The position numbers and the translations under genes were made by a program. A stretch of DNA of 64,000 nt, taken from assembly GCA_963705505.1 (NCBI GenBank), contig CAVPJU010000006.1, positions 320,001 through 384,000 on the forward strand, read 5' to 3'. The DNA comes from an uncultured bacterium (lineage in GTDB: Bacteria; Desulfobacterota_D; UBA1144; Nemesobacterales; UBA2774). Under the pieces are notes generated by a model that saw nothing but the letters and a program-made list of their open reading frames with translations, was not told where the DNA came from and ran no database searches. Below are positions 10,456-20,459 of this stretch, one piece after another; the stretch's first letter is position 1, and every line of letters begins with the position of its first letter.

Positions 10456-10824
10456 ATGGTAAAATGGTTTCCCATTCTTAAAAGGGGAGTTGACGCCGAA
10501 GTGTCCAGGACAAAAGAGATATTCGACAAAGTGGAGAGGAAGCTCAAAGAGAGGCCGGATGATTTCACGGAAGTGGGAGCCGTTTACAAATTCGTCATAA
10601 ACGGTCCCGAAGGAGGGACGTGGATAATCGACCTCAGAAAAGAGAGCCTCGGGATAAGAGAGGCCGACGAAGACGCCCAGTGCACTATTCAAACCAAAGA
10701 TGAGCATTTCATAGACCTCTTCACAGGCAAGCTCGGTGCGGAAAACGCGCTGCTCTCGGGAAAAATAAAGTTCTCGGGAGACGTGTTTCTGGCAATGAGG
10801 TTCGCAGATTTATTAAAGAAGTAA
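10456..10824 (+). CDS. SCP2 sterol/lipid-binding domain protein
   Basis: YKFVINGPEGGTWIIDL...AQCTI...FIDLFTGKL..ENALLSGKIKFSGD pattern. Confidence 0.85.
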   Translation: MVKWFPILKRGVDAEVSRTKEIFDKVERKLKERPDDFTEVGAVYKFVINGPEGGTWIIDLRKESLGIREADEDAQCTIQTKDEHFIDLFTGKLGAENALLSGKIKFSGDVFLAMRFADLLKK

Positions 10825-11166
10825 GCGGAGTGCGCTCACAGGGGCCCGATTTTTGAGTTCATTTATTCCAGTCTCAGCCGAAAGCGAATTAAATGCATTT
10901 ACAGGCCATTCAGTATGATTCACACACCCGAGAGAATTTTCATCGAAGAATGTACTGCGGACATCCGCCGAGTATGAAAATCACATCGCGTTTAAGCTCC
11001 GTCCCGGTCGTTATGGTCGAGGACTGCAAGAGGTCCGAAGGGAAAAATAACCGAGGCTTCATCGACGCTCCCTCGCCCGGATCCGATTTCATATAACGGA
11101 TTTAAACCCTAAAAGTCCGGAACAGCATATTTAAAAGAAAGATTGACGGACCGGCGCCGATTAATT

Positions 11167-12042
11167 TTAATAACCGTAACTCTTGAGACGGTCGGCTATC
11201 ACTGCTGAATAAGCTGTAAGCTCGGGGTCTTTAAGGAATGCGTAACCCCTCGATTTATTGACCTGGCCGGCGGATTTCTCAATCTCGCCCTTATGAGCTA
11301 CGAGACCGCAAAAGTCGTATAAGGTCTTCAATACGTCATTGGGATTCTCTAAAAAATCCTCGTATTTGATTTCCATACCGCGCGCTCCGAGCTCCGCCAC
11401 ACGCTCCCTCGCCTCTTTCATATACTCCTCCCATAACATAAGCCCTTCATCCAGGGAGGCGCCCCTCAAATCTACGAACACCCTCCTGCCGCCTATGAAT
11501 TTCCGCATCAGGTAGAACCAGTAAAGGGGTTTTAGCCGGGCGTGTTTATCCCTGAGCCTCGAAAGCCCTCTTGCTCTCCGGGTCCTCAAGCTGTTGATTA
11601 TGTCCAGCGGATGACGAAAGATATGGATGACCTTCGCATCCGGGAAGATATCGAGCCAGAAAGGCAGGGTAAACGTATTCCGCGGGTCCTTCCATCCCCA
11701 GGGGATATCGAGCCTGGCCGGAGTCCGGTAACGGATATACTTCCTCAATCCGAGAAATGATATAACACGAGGCGTTCTCATAGCGTATTTTACGAAATCG
11801 CCGAACAGAGACCTCGCTTCCTTATCCCGGAGAAGGTATTTAATCGTGCCCGGATTTTCGAGACCCCCGCTGCACTGTGTCAGAAGCCAGTCGTTCAAAT
11901 CGCGGAAGAATATAGCTTCATGGTTATCGGTCACTCTTTTCCCGACGAATAGGCCGAGCTCGTCGAGCATTCGGGTAAGCATGCTTGTGCCGGAACGGCT
12001 CATTCCGATTATTATTACCGGGGGGCGGACGTTCATTTCCAA
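11167..12042 (-). CDS. Sulfotransferase family protein
   Basis: PAPS-binding GMSRSGTS, WGWKDPR, IHIFRHPLDIINS, KYEDFLENP. Confidence 0.88.
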   Translation of the reverse strand: MEMNVRPPVIIIGMSRSGTSMLTRMLDELGLFVGKRVTDNHEAIFFRDLNDWLLTQCSGGLENPGTIKYLLRDKEARSLFGDFVKYAMRTPRVISFLGLRKYIRYRTPARLDIPWGWKDPRNTFTLPFWLDIFPDAKVIHIFRHPLDIINSLRTRRARGLSRLRDKHARLKPLYWFYLMRKFIGGRRVFVDLRGASLDEGLMLWEEYMKEARERVAELGARGMEIKYEDFLENPNDVLKTLYDFCGLVAHKGEIEKSAGQVNKSRGYAFLKDPELTAYSAVIADRLKSYGY

Positions 12043-12173
12043 ACTGAAATTATACTATATATCGCGGAATAACAATGCCCGTTGTCAGAATAGTTGAAAT
12101 GACCGGATGAATTCCAGAAAAGCGCGGATGTTTAGAACCGACTTTACTAAACGACACACATGTGTCCGGGGAA

Positions 12174-13376
12174 TTAGCGGGCGAGGAAGCTTCTCAGTAT
12201 CTCACCCATTTCCGAAGTGGCGAGTTTTTCAAGAGCCCTTTTCTCTATTTGTCTTATACGCTCGCGGGTGAGGTCGAACCTTCTTCCGATCTCGTCAAGC
12301 GTATACGTGGAGTCCTGATCGATTCCGAACCTGAGCCTTATTATCTCTTCCTCTCTCGGAGTGAGGACGTTAAGCGCGTCCCTGATTTCATGTGTCAGAG
12401 CCGAGCTGGCCATTACCGAATCCGGTGCGGGGGAGTTGTCGTCCGAGATAAAATCGAGCAGGGTCGTTTTCTCGCCGTCGAGTATTGGTGTATCGAGACG
12501 TGCGGCGTCATTCGTGGACTCGAGGATCCTCTTCACTCCCTCGACTGAAATTCCGGCGACTTCGGCTACTTCTTCGGGCATCGGCTTTCTGCCCAGCTCC
12601 TTATGGAGCATGGAGCTAATTCTGTAAACCTTGCTTGCCTGCTCGAGTACGTATACGGGAACCCTGATAGTCCTCGTCTGATCGAGCAGAGCCCTGGAAA
12701 TGGCCTGATGTATCCACCAGGATGCATACGTGGAGAATTTGTAACCCTTGGTATGATCGAACCTCTCTACCGCGCGCATCAGACCCACGTTCCCTTCCTG
12801 AATCAGGTCGGTCAGAGGGAGACCGCGGCCCATATACCTTTTCGATATGCTGACCACGAGCCTGAGGTTGGCCTTCACGAACCTTTCCTTCAAGTCAAGT
12901 GCGCGCTCCGAATATACCTTTACGAACGCCATGAGGCTTTCGATTCTCTTGGTCAGCTCTTTTACACCGATAGATCCATTGCCGGTCTTTTTCTTACCTG
13001 TAAACCCTTCCACTTTCTTCGAGAGTTTCTGTATGTGAGAAGTCAGCTCCCTTGACTTGGATTCGCACTTCTTAATCTGCGCGGAAACCTCTATTTCCTC
13101 TTTCGCTGTCAATAGGGATTCAACCGCCATATCCTTGAAATAGACGTATAGAAGCCTGAACTGCTCGTCCGGAGTCCATTCTTCTTCCTGGTCCTCAACG
13201 GAAGTATTGTCTTCGAGCTCAAAGCCGAAATCCGATTCTTCGCTTTCTATTATCACATCATCTCTGAAGCCGAGAGAAGAAAACGATTCATCATCCTGCT
13301 CGTGAAAATTTTCGATGCTTTCGATTTCCGGACCTACGTGCTCAACTTCTCTGAATTTAGCCGATTTCATTCTCAC
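12174..13376 (-). CDS. RpoD/SigA-family (group 2-like) sigma factor
   Basis: ANLRLVVSISKRY.GRGL...DLIQEGNVGLMRAVERFD..KGYKFSTYASWWIHQAI; region 4 TLDEIGRRFDLTRERIRQIE; no recognisable region 1.1. Confidence 0.88.
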   Translation of the reverse strand: MRMKSAKFREVEHVGPEIESIENFHEQDDESFSSLGFRDDVIIESEESDFGFELEDNTSVEDQEEEWTPDEQFRLLYVYFKDMAVESLLTAKEEIEVSAQIKKCESKSRELTSHIQKLSKKVEGFTGKKKTGNGSIGVKELTKRIESLMAFVKVYSERALDLKERFVKANLRLVVSISKRYMGRGLPLTDLIQEGNVGLMRAVERFDHTKGYKFSTYASWWIHQAISRALLDQTRTIRVPVYVLEQASKVYRISSMLHKELGRKPMPEEVAEVAGISVEGVKRILESTNDAARLDTPILDGEKTTLLDFISDDNSPAPDSVMASSALTHEIRDALNVLTPREEEIIRLRFGIDQDSTYTLDEIGRRFDLTRERIRQIEKRALEKLATSEMGEILRSFLAR

Positions 13377-13446
13377 ACCTTTCCCACACCTTTTAATTAT
13401 TTTGAATTGTAATGCTATTTTAAGCTGATAACGCCCTAACTATATT

Positions 13447-13475
13447 AATATACGGTTTGAAGGATTCATTGTCAA
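13447..13475 (-). promoter_or_regulatory. Putative sigma70 promoter for the RpoD-like gene
   Basis: Minus-strand TTGACA-N17-TATATT. Confidence 0.6.
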
Positions 13476-13607
13476 GTGAATTCTTCGCAAATGCAAAATT
13501 CCAGATATCGTATATATTTGGCAATGATTCAGGGCAGTAACAATATCAAACTATAATCAATATACGCAGAAGCTAACAAAATATCAAGGTCCCCGTTAAT
13601 AATGAAA

Positions 13608-14414
13608 TCACTCACCTGTTTTTTCGCTTTTCTCCCAAGATTCGTTAAAGACGGTTTTCTTTCCGAGGGTTTCGACATAAGCTTCCTTACCCTCGCTCCT
13701 TTTAAATATAGCTGATTGGCTCCAGGCCTGCTCGATGCTGCTGTATTTCCCGATTTTAACCAGGTTCCAGGTCTCTCCCCTGGAATTTTCGACCTGAACC
13801 GTATAGGCATTAAATCCCTTGCTGCGATATTCATTTACGGCCTTCTCAGCGTCGGCCTTATCGGCGAATGCCCCTACCTGAAGCGTATATCTGCCTTTTC
13901 CCGTTTGCTCGGTTTGACTTGTTTCAGCTTTTGCCGCGTCGGGAGACGTATTTCCGGGCTCAGCGGGAGCCGTCTCTTCCCCTATTTTAGACTCCCCGGA
14001 CATCTGATTGGGATCAATGGAAGTAAGACCGGAATCAGCTTTTTTCTCATTGCTATTCTCACTGACGGAAAGAACGGGCTCTGCTGAAGTTAACTCTTCC
14101 GATATCTGCTTCTCTTCCGTAAATACAGCCTGCTCATCAGGAGATGTGTTTTTTTCGCCGACCGGAACTTCATCCTTATACACAAAAGACTCGGTGCTTT
14201 TTTCATATTTCACAGGGCTCCGGTCGATTGTGCTTTCCTTTGTTACCTGCGGGGGCTCACTGCCGATGAGACCCAGGTCATCGATCTTGGTCCCGACATA
14301 GACACCTACAAAGAAGACTACGAGGAACGTAAGAAAAGACCAGAATCCCCCGCCGAGGCCGCGTCTTCTTCTCCCCGAATCAGCTAACATAAGTTTTGGT
14401 TTAAGCTCTCTCAT
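13608..14414 (-). CDS. SPOR-domain membrane protein (FtsN/DedD-like)
   Basis: N-terminal TM (FWSFLTFLVVFFVGVYVG), disordered acidic linker, SPOR domain YTLQVGAF...WNLVKIG. Start moved to ATG 14414 because the longer ORF overlaps the tRNA. Confidence 0.85.
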   Translation of the reverse strand: MRELKPKLMLADSGRRRRGLGGGFWSFLTFLVVFFVGVYVGTKIDDLGLIGSEPPQVTKESTIDRSPVKYEKSTESFVYKDEVPVGEKNTSPDEQAVFTEEKQISEELTSAEPVLSVSENSNEKKADSGLTSIDPNQMSGESKIGEETAPAEPGNTSPDAAKAETSQTEQTGKGRYTLQVGAFADKADAEKAVNEYRSKGFNAYTVQVENSRGETWNLVKIGKYSSIEQAWSQSAIFKRSEGKEAYVETLGKKTVFNESWEKSEKTGE

Positions 14415-14435
14415 ATTGAACTCGCTCACATTTCG

Positions 14436-14520
14436 TGCCGAAGGGGGGATTTGAACCCCCACGAGCTAGCGCCCACTGGATCCTGAATCCAGCGCGTCTA
14501 CCAAGTTCCGCCACTTCGGC
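14436..14520 (-). tRNA. tRNA-Leu (anticodon CAG), CCA not encoded
   Basis: Minus strand GCCGAAGTGGCGGAACTTGGTAGACGCGCTGGATTCAGGATCCAGTGGGCGCTAGCTCGTGGGGGTTCAAATCCCCCCTTCGGCA: acceptor stem GCCGAAG/CTTCGGC, anticodon arm CTGGA-TTCAGGA-TCCAG, long variable arm, T-loop TTCAAAT. Confidence 0.96.
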
Positions 14521-14669
14521 GATTTAAGGCTTGAATGACCCTTGACCCGTTAAGTCGTAAGCTTATCATACATAATCACTGCCCGCTAGGGTTTTTCAAA
14601 GGAATTTACTCGCACTACCCCTATAACATTAGTTTTTTCAAAGAGTCCGAGCCCGGCAGCGGCTTCTTC

Positions 14670-14696
14670 GGAGGGGGGTTTCAAACCCCTCCCCAC
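14670..14696. repeat. Isolated REP-like palindrome
   Basis: GGAGGGGGGTTTCAAACCCCTCCCCAC hairpin resembling GTAG-type REP elements with a GGGTTT(C/G)AAACCC core; only one copy seen. Confidence 0.3.
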
Positions 14697-14751
14697 GCAT
14701 AAAGTTGTACAATCGGTCCGGGGCATATGTAATTTTCTGCCGAATACCGAG

Positions 14752-15186
14752 TCAGATGCTTCCCCAGGACACTATTCTCTCCGGGACGATTTTGATGACC
14801 GGCAGTCCCGCCTTATCGAGCTTCATTTTTTTGTATTGAGGGTACTTTACACAGAGGATGCCGAGTGAACTCTGATACTCGTCGCCGCTCCGGATCACCT
14901 CCGCAAAACCGTAAACTATGAGGTAGTAAAGCTTCTTCCAGTCCTCGCAGTACTTATCCATAACAAGCGATACGCGGGGGTTCAACAGTATGTTCCTGAT
15001 CCGCTTCAATTCCCCCGCAGGGACTTTCTTGGGCTTTTTATCTATGGGAGTAAATATAAAGCGGCCGTCATAGGCGAAACAGACAGGGACAACGAGGGGC
15101 CTGCCGGACTCGTCCGCTGTCGCCATCCTGGCAACCCTGCTCGAGAGGATTATGCTCCTTTCGTTCTCGGTCGGTATTGCTATCAA
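14752..15186 (-). CDS. PPOX-class flavin/F420-binding oxidoreductase (Rv0121/TIGR03668-like)
   Basis: RVARMATADESGRPLVVPVCFA...IDKKPK....LKRIRNILLNPRVSLVMDKY.EDW..L...KYPQY. Confidence 0.8.
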   Translation of the reverse strand: MIAIPTENERSIILSSRVARMATADESGRPLVVPVCFAYDGRFIFTPIDKKPKKVPAGELKRIRNILLNPRVSLVMDKYCEDWKKLYYLIVYGFAEVIRSGDEYQSSLGILCVKYPQYKKMKLDKAGLPVIKIVPERIVSWGSI

Positions 15187-15295
15187 GCTTCCTTTTCCGG
15201 GGCAGCGGCCTGAACTTGAATTATCATTTATCTATTTTATAATACCTTGTTTTTCGTTTCGAATATCGCGTTTTTATATTTTCATGTGAGATCAA

Positions 15296-16237
15296 ATGGA
15301 CAATGCAAAGATTTTTTGCGGGACTTCGAACGTTCCGTTGGCAAAAGCTATATGCAAATACCTTGACGTCCCCCTCGGAAAAGCCGAGGTCAGGAGATTC
15401 AGCGACGGGGAGTTGTTCACCGAAATTTCAGAAAGCGTGCGCGGCTCTCACGTATTCGTGATCCAATCCACGTGTCCGCCGACAAACGAGCACATCATGG
15501 AGCTACTGATTCTGACCGATGCCCTGAAAAGGGCGTCCGCAAGGGTAATTACCGCCGTGATCCCTTACTACGGCTATGCAAGGCAGGACAGAAAAGTCCA
15601 GCCGAGGGCCCCTATCTCCGCTAAGCTGGTTGCGGACCTGATCACCACCGCCGGCATAAGCAGAGTGGTTACGGTGGACCTCCATGCCGGGCAGATTCAG
15701 GGGTTTTTCAACATCCCCGTAGACCATGTTTACGCGACACCCGTATTCATCGATTATATCAAGAAGAGATTCAACAAAGAAGACATGGTTATCGTTTCTC
15801 CGGACGCCGGGGGAATGGAGAGAGCGAGGTCCTACGCGAAAATACTAGATTCCGGACTCGCAATGACGGACAAAAGACGCCCCAATCCGAACGAGGCGGA
15901 GATCATGAACGTAATAGGCGACGTCGAAGGGAAAGAGGTAATCCTGGTCGACGATCTCGTGGATACAGCGGGGACTGCCATACAGGCGAGCAAGGCTCTA
16001 ATGAGGGAAGGGGCAAAAAGCGTTACCCTTTGCAGCACACACGGGGTGCTTTCCGGCAATGCAATCGAAAAAATAAAGCAGTCCGACCTCGAGGAAATAA
16101 TAATTACGGATACCATCGCCCCGTCGGAGCAAGCCGTCGCCTGCGATAAAATCAAGGTGATAACTATTTCCAACCTTTTGGGTGAGGCAATAAAAAGAAT
16201 TTCAACGGGCGAGTCGATCAGCAGCCTGTTCAGCTAA
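15296..16237 (+). CDS. prs: Ribose-phosphate pyrophosphokinase
   Basis: FSDGE, PYYGYARQDRK, DLHAGQIQGFF, VSPDAGG, LVDDLVDTAGT. Confidence 0.97.
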   Translation: MDNAKIFCGTSNVPLAKAICKYLDVPLGKAEVRRFSDGELFTEISESVRGSHVFVIQSTCPPTNEHIMELLILTDALKRASARVITAVIPYYGYARQDRKVQPRAPISAKLVADLITTAGISRVVTVDLHAGQIQGFFNIPVDHVYATPVFIDYIKKRFNKEDMVIVSPDAGGMERARSYAKILDSGLAMTDKRRPNPNEAEIMNVIGDVEGKEVILVDDLVDTAGTAIQASKALMREGAKSVTLCSTHGVLSGNAIEKIKQSDLEEIIITDTIAPSEQAVACDKIKVITISNLLGEAIKRISTGESISSLFS

Positions 16238-16258
16238 AACAAGAGTAAGGAGCATAAA

Positions 16259-16915
16259 ATGGCACAGAACACTTTGGAAGTATCGATAAGGAAGAGACCC
16301 GGAAAAAGCGGGGCAAGAGAAATCAGAAAAGGGGGAGGCATACCGGCGATACTTTACGGAAAAGGCACAGAGCCGACACCGTTAGTCGTAAATCCGGCGG
16401 CATTGAAGCAGGCGCTCTCGACTGAAGCAGGAGAAAACACGCTCCTCGAAATTACCTTCAATGACGGTTCGCAGGAAATCAAGAAGCTTTCTCTCCTGCG
16501 CGAAATTCAATACGATTTCCTCACGAGCAAGCCCATACACTTCGATTTCCAGGCCCTCGACATCAACAAAAAGATAACCGTAGACGTCCCTGTCAAGATC
16601 GTCGGAAAGTCAAAAGGCGTCAAAGAAGGCGGCATACTGGAAGAAATACTGCGCGAGATACCGGTCGAATGTCTGCCGAAAGACATTCCGAATTCATTCG
16701 AGATAGACGTAACGGATCTGGACATCGGCCATTCCATACACGTGAGCGCACTCAAGGGCTCGGACAACTTTAACATCCTGAAAGACGACGAAGAAACGAT
16801 AGTGACGATTTTAGCGCCGAAGATGGAAGTTGAAGCGCCTGCGCCAGCGGCGGTAGAGGGAGTAGCGGAAAAGGCGGCTGAAGGCGAAGAGAAAGAGGAA
16901 GGCAGTGAAGAGTAG
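16259..16915 (+). CDS. rplY: 50S ribosomal protein bL25/Ctc
   Basis: GKSGAREIR...IPAILYG, HFDF, GVKEGG, IDVTDLDIGHSIHV; canonical prs-rplY-pth order. Confidence 0.95.
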   Translation: MAQNTLEVSIRKRPGKSGAREIRKGGGIPAILYGKGTEPTPLVVNPAALKQALSTEAGENTLLEITFNDGSQEIKKLSLLREIQYDFLTSKPIHFDFQALDINKKITVDVPVKIVGKSKGVKEGGILEEILREIPVECLPKDIPNSFEIDVTDLDIGHSIHVSALKGSDNFNILKDDEETIVTILAPKMEVEAPAPAAVEGVAEKAAEGEEKEEGSEE

Positions 16916-16924
16916 TCAGGGAAA

Positions 16925-17527
16925 ATGATATTGGTAGCGGGACTGGGAAATCCCGGAAGTGAATATGCTTCTACGAAGCATAACCTCGGGTATTTGACCG
17001 TGGATGAAATAGGTAAAAGGGTTGGAGTCGATTTAAAGAAGAAAAAGTTCAACGGAGTATTCGGAGAAGGGTCTTTTAACAACGACAAACTGCTTCTTCT
17101 CAAACCGGAGACGTATATGAACCGGAGCGGAGAATCGGTTTCCAGTGCAGTAAACTTCTATCATATACCCACCGAAAATATAATAGTCGTGCACGATGAG
17201 CTCGACCTGCCGACAGGAACAGTAAGGATTAAGGCCGGGGGAGGGAGCGCCGGCCATAAAGGCGTTGTATCCATAATCGGAGAGCTGGGAAGCGGGGATT
17301 TCGTACGAATAAGGATAGGAATCGGAAAACCCCGATCGAAATCCGGCACCGTCAGCCACGTGCTGTCTCAGTTTAAAAAGGAAGAAAACAAAATCGTACA
17401 GGAATCCGTTTTGAGAGCGGCCGACGCGGTCTTGGAAATCATTCGGCATGGACTGGGAGAGGCAATGAACAAATTCAACGCAAGGGCGGAAGACGAAGAT
17501 AACGCCGGTCAGACAAATGACCTATAA
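16925..17527 (+). CDS. pth: Peptidyl-tRNA hydrolase
   Basis: GLGNPG, HNLG, KPETYMNRSG, VVHDELDL, GGSAGHKG, RIRIGIG. Confidence 0.96.
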   Translation: MILVAGLGNPGSEYASTKHNLGYLTVDEIGKRVGVDLKKKKFNGVFGEGSFNNDKLLLLKPETYMNRSGESVSSAVNFYHIPTENIIVVHDELDLPTGTVRIKAGGGSAGHKGVVSIIGELGSGDFVRIRIGIGKPRSKSGTVSHVLSQFKKEENKIVQESVLRAADAVLEIIRHGLGEAMNKFNARAEDEDNAGQTNDL

Positions 17528-17547
17528 ATTAGAGGAGGCGTCATAAA

Positions 17548-19590
17548 ATGGGAGAAGTAATAGCAGCTCTCTTCGGAACCATATTGGGACTAGCCGTGCT
17601 GGCATACGCCTTTTTGGTGTACCGCGAGATAAAATCCTTTCCCGCAGGAAACGACAAGATGAAGGAAATCTCCGCGGCAATATCCGAGGGAGCGATGGTA
17701 TTTCTAAGCCGTGAATACAGGATAATCGGGATATTCGTAATTATAGTTTTCATACTGCTTGCCATTTTTATCGGCCGGAATACCGCGATCGCATATGTGG
17801 GCGGGGCCGTGTGCTCTCTGACCGCCGGATTTTTCGGAATGAAGGCGGCGACGAAAGCCAACGTAAGGACAGCCCACGCTGCGGCTGCGGAAGGACAGGG
17901 GAAAGCGCTAATAGTAGCTTTTAAGGGCGGTAACGTAATGGGCCTTTCGGTAGCGGGTATAGGGCTCCTCGGCCTCTCGATTGCGTTTGCTTTGGGTATA
18001 GGGCTTCCGTCGAACCCGCAGGACGCAGCGGGTCTCGCGCTCTTTGCTCATAGGTTCGGAGCGATAATCGGCGGTTTTGCCCTGGGCGCAAGCTCTGTCG
18101 CGCTCTTTGCCAGGATAGGCGGAGGCATCTTTACAAAGGGGGCCGATGTCGGCGCCGACCTCGTGGGTAAGGTCGAAGCGGGGATTCCGGAGGACGACCC
18201 CAGAAACCCGGCCACCATTGCCGACGACGTCGGAGACAACGTCGGGGATGTAGCGGGTATGGGAGCAGACCTCTTCGAGTCCTATGTGGGCGCCGTGGTT
18301 GCGACAATCATCATCGCCGCCAGCTACGGTAAAAACGAAATCGCTCTGATGGCAATACCAATAATTCTTATAGCAATAGGAAGTTTCTCATCAATAATAG
18401 GCGCCAAAAGCGTTGAATGGATGAAAGACCTTGAGCCGCAGATTGTCCTGAGGCGGGCGACCTTCTACACCGGAGGCATCTACCTTGCCGCTTCTTTGGT
18501 CGTGCTCCTCATTGTCGGTCTTGTCGACGGTATAGGGGGCTACATAATTTGGATTTGGCTGGCTTCGGTACTGGGACTCCTCGCCGGTATCGCAATCGGA
18601 CTGCTCACGGAATATTACACCTCCGGCTCGCCTGTCAGAAAAATCGCGGAGGCTTCCCAGACGGGTGCCGCAACTAACATAATCCAGGGTATTTCAGTCG
18701 GCATGATAAGCACCACGCTACCCGTTATCGCAATCGCGATCGCGATCGGTCTCTCGTACTCTTTCGCCGGACTATACGGGATAGGCATTGCATCCGTGAG
18801 TATGCTGGCCACGATAGGAATAACGATGTCCGTCGACGCATACGGTCCTGTCGCGGATAACGCAGGCGGCATCACGGAAATGTCCGGACTCGGTCACGAC
18901 GTGAGAAAAATTACAGACAAGCTCGATTCGCTCGGAAAGACGACGGCCGCTACCGGAAAAGGGTTCGCCATCGGTTCCGCGGCGCTCACCGCACTCGCAC
19001 TTTTCGCCGCATTCACAAAGGCCGTCGGGCTCGAGTCGATAGACCTCACGAAAAGTCATGTAGTCACCGGCATGCTCCTTGGCGGCACCGTGCCGTTTCT
19101 TCTCGCGGCACTTACGATGGGCGCCGTAGGAAGAACGGCTCAAAAGATGGTTGAAGAGGTGAGAAGGCAGTTCCGTGAGATCACGGGACTTCTCCAGGGG
19201 GAGGCAAAGCCCGATTACGCCTCATGCATAGGGATAAGCACCGATGCGGCGCTCAGGGAAATGGTTGTTCCGGGTGTAATTGCCATTATCGCCCCGATTG
19301 CCATCGGCTTCATTCTCGGCGCGGAGGGTCTCGGGGGGTTCCTGGCGGGATCAATCGTGACCGGAGTAGTGCTCGCGCTTATGATGGCTAATTCGGGAGG
19401 GGCATGGGACAACGCGAGGAAATATATCGAAGAAGGCAACCTCGGAGGAAAAGGGTCGGAAGCCCACAAAGCGGCAGTCGTCGGCGACACCGTAGGCGAT
19501 CCGTTTAAGGATACATCGGGGCCGGCCATGAATATCCTGATAAAGCTCATGTCGATAGTTGCGGTCGTTATTGCCCCGCTTTTGATTTAA
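17548..19590 (+). CDS. hppA: Membrane-bound ion-translocating pyrophosphatase (Na+-PPase-like gate, atypical active-site residues)
   Basis: [68 protein letters not shown]; many TM helices. Confidence 0.93.
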   Translation: MGEVIAALFGTILGLAVLAYAFLVYREIKSFPAGNDKMKEISAAISEGAMVFLSREYRIIGIFVIIVFILLAIFIGRNTAIAYVGGAVCSLTAGFFGMKAATKANVRTAHAAAAEGQGKALIVAFKGGNVMGLSVAGIGLLGLSIAFALGIGLPSNPQDAAGLALFAHRFGAIIGGFALGASSVALFARIGGGIFTKGADVGADLVGKVEAGIPEDDPRNPATIADDVGDNVGDVAGMGADLFESYVGAVVATIIIAASYGKNEIALMAIPIILIAIGSFSSIIGAKSVEWMKDLEPQIVLRRATFYTGGIYLAASLVVLLIVGLVDGIGGYIIWIWLASVLGLLAGIAIGLLTEYYTSGSPVRKIAEASQTGAATNIIQGISVGMISTTLPVIAIAIAIGLSYSFAGLYGIGIASVSMLATIGITMSVDAYGPVADNAGGITEMSGLGHDVRKITDKLDSLGKTTAATGKGFAIGSAALTALALFAAFTKAVGLESIDLTKSHVVTGMLLGGTVPFLLAALTMGAVGRTAQKMVEEVRRQFREITGLLQGEAKPDYASCIGISTDAALREMVVPGVIAIIAPIAIGFILGAEGLGGFLAGSIVTGVVLALMMANSGGAWDNARKYIEEGNLGGKGSEAHKAAVVGDTVGDPFKDTSGPAMNILIKLMSIVAVVIAPLLI

Positions 19591-19694
19591 GTGAATAACC
19601 GGGGCTTGGGTATCTATTTTTTCAATTATTCCGGCCAGGTTACAAGAAATATTCACAATTCGGATTTTACAGGTACAATATTCCAGTTAAAAAT

Positions 19695-19755
19695 CTGTCG
19701 CTTCGGGGTGGCAAACAAGTCATAGACCCGGGGCCGCATAGACCGAGACAGGAGG
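19695..19755 (+). promoter_or_regulatory. S6:S18 ribosomal protein leader RNA (putative)
   Basis: Outer stem CTGTC..TCGG / CCGA-GACAG abutting SD GGAGG, with an internal CCGC; directly 5' of rpsF. Confidence 0.6.
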
Positions 19756-19765
19756 TTAGTGAAAT

Positions 19766-20155
19766 ATGGCGATCAAGCCAAACTATTACGAGACACTTTA
19801 TGTGGTGAGACCCGATATAAAGGACGAAGAGCTGGCTAAGATACAGCAGAGGCTCAATGAAACCTTGGCGGCTTATGAAGGCGAGATCATTAAGTCCGAT
19901 AAATGGGCTCAAAGGGAGCTCGCGTACGAGATAAAGAATTACACGAGGGGCGTGTATTACATTATTGTGTTTAGAGCGCTTCCGGGAGCAGTGGCGGAGC
20001 TGGAAAGACATCTGAGGTTCTATAACAGCGATGTCCTCAGGTTCATGACCGTAACAATAAGCGAAAACGCCGCAAAGAGAGAGAAACCCGCCCCGGAAGT
20101 CAAAAACCAGAATGAGCCTGCCGAAACGCCGGTCCAGGCCGAAGGAGAAAACTAA
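19766..20155 (+). CDS. rpsF: 30S ribosomal protein bS6
   Basis: [31 protein letters not shown]...DVLRFM. Confidence 0.96.
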   Translation: MAIKPNYYETLYVVRPDIKDEELAKIQQRLNETLAAYEGEIIKSDKWAQRELAYEIKNYTRGVYYIIVFRALPGAVAELERHLRFYNSDVLRFMTVTISENAAKREKPAPEVKNQNEPAETPVQAEGEN

Positions 20156-20391
20156 TGGAATCACCTCGCGACAAAAAATATTTTGCAAAAAAGAAGGTAT
20201 GCAGGTTCTGCGCCGAATCGATTGAAATGGATTATAAGAATGCCGATCTCCTGTCAAGATATATAACGGACAGGAAAAAAATCGTTCCCAGAAGGAACTC
20301 CGGGCTCTGCGCGGGCTGCCAGAGAGAGCTGGCATCCGCAATAAAAAGAGCGCGCTTCATGGCTCTGCTGCCCTTTACCGTTCTCCATTAA
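20155..20391 (+). CDS. rpsR: 30S ribosomal protein bS18 (zinc-ribbon, C+ form)
   Basis: [40 protein letters not shown]. Confidence 0.96.
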   Translation: MESPRDKKYFAKKKVCRFCAESIEMDYKNADLLSRYITDRKKIVPRRNSGLCAGCQRELASAIKRARFMALLPFTVLH

Positions 20392-20459
20392 TTGAAGAGA
20401 AAGCGGTTTTAGATATTCGTCACAGCGGTTTTATTGGAAAGTCTGGAGGTATAAGAACT

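Noticed and set aside
10893..11096. 67-aa ORF between SCP2 and the sulfotransferase
   Set aside because: No SD, no motif, atypical composition.
14415..14462. N-terminal extension of the SPOR ORF (MGVQIPPSAR...)
   Set aside because: It is the tRNA-Leu sequence read in frame.
14436..14520. tRNA-Leu as a possible integration site
   Set aside because: No integrase and no duplicated tRNA 3' end seen in the window.
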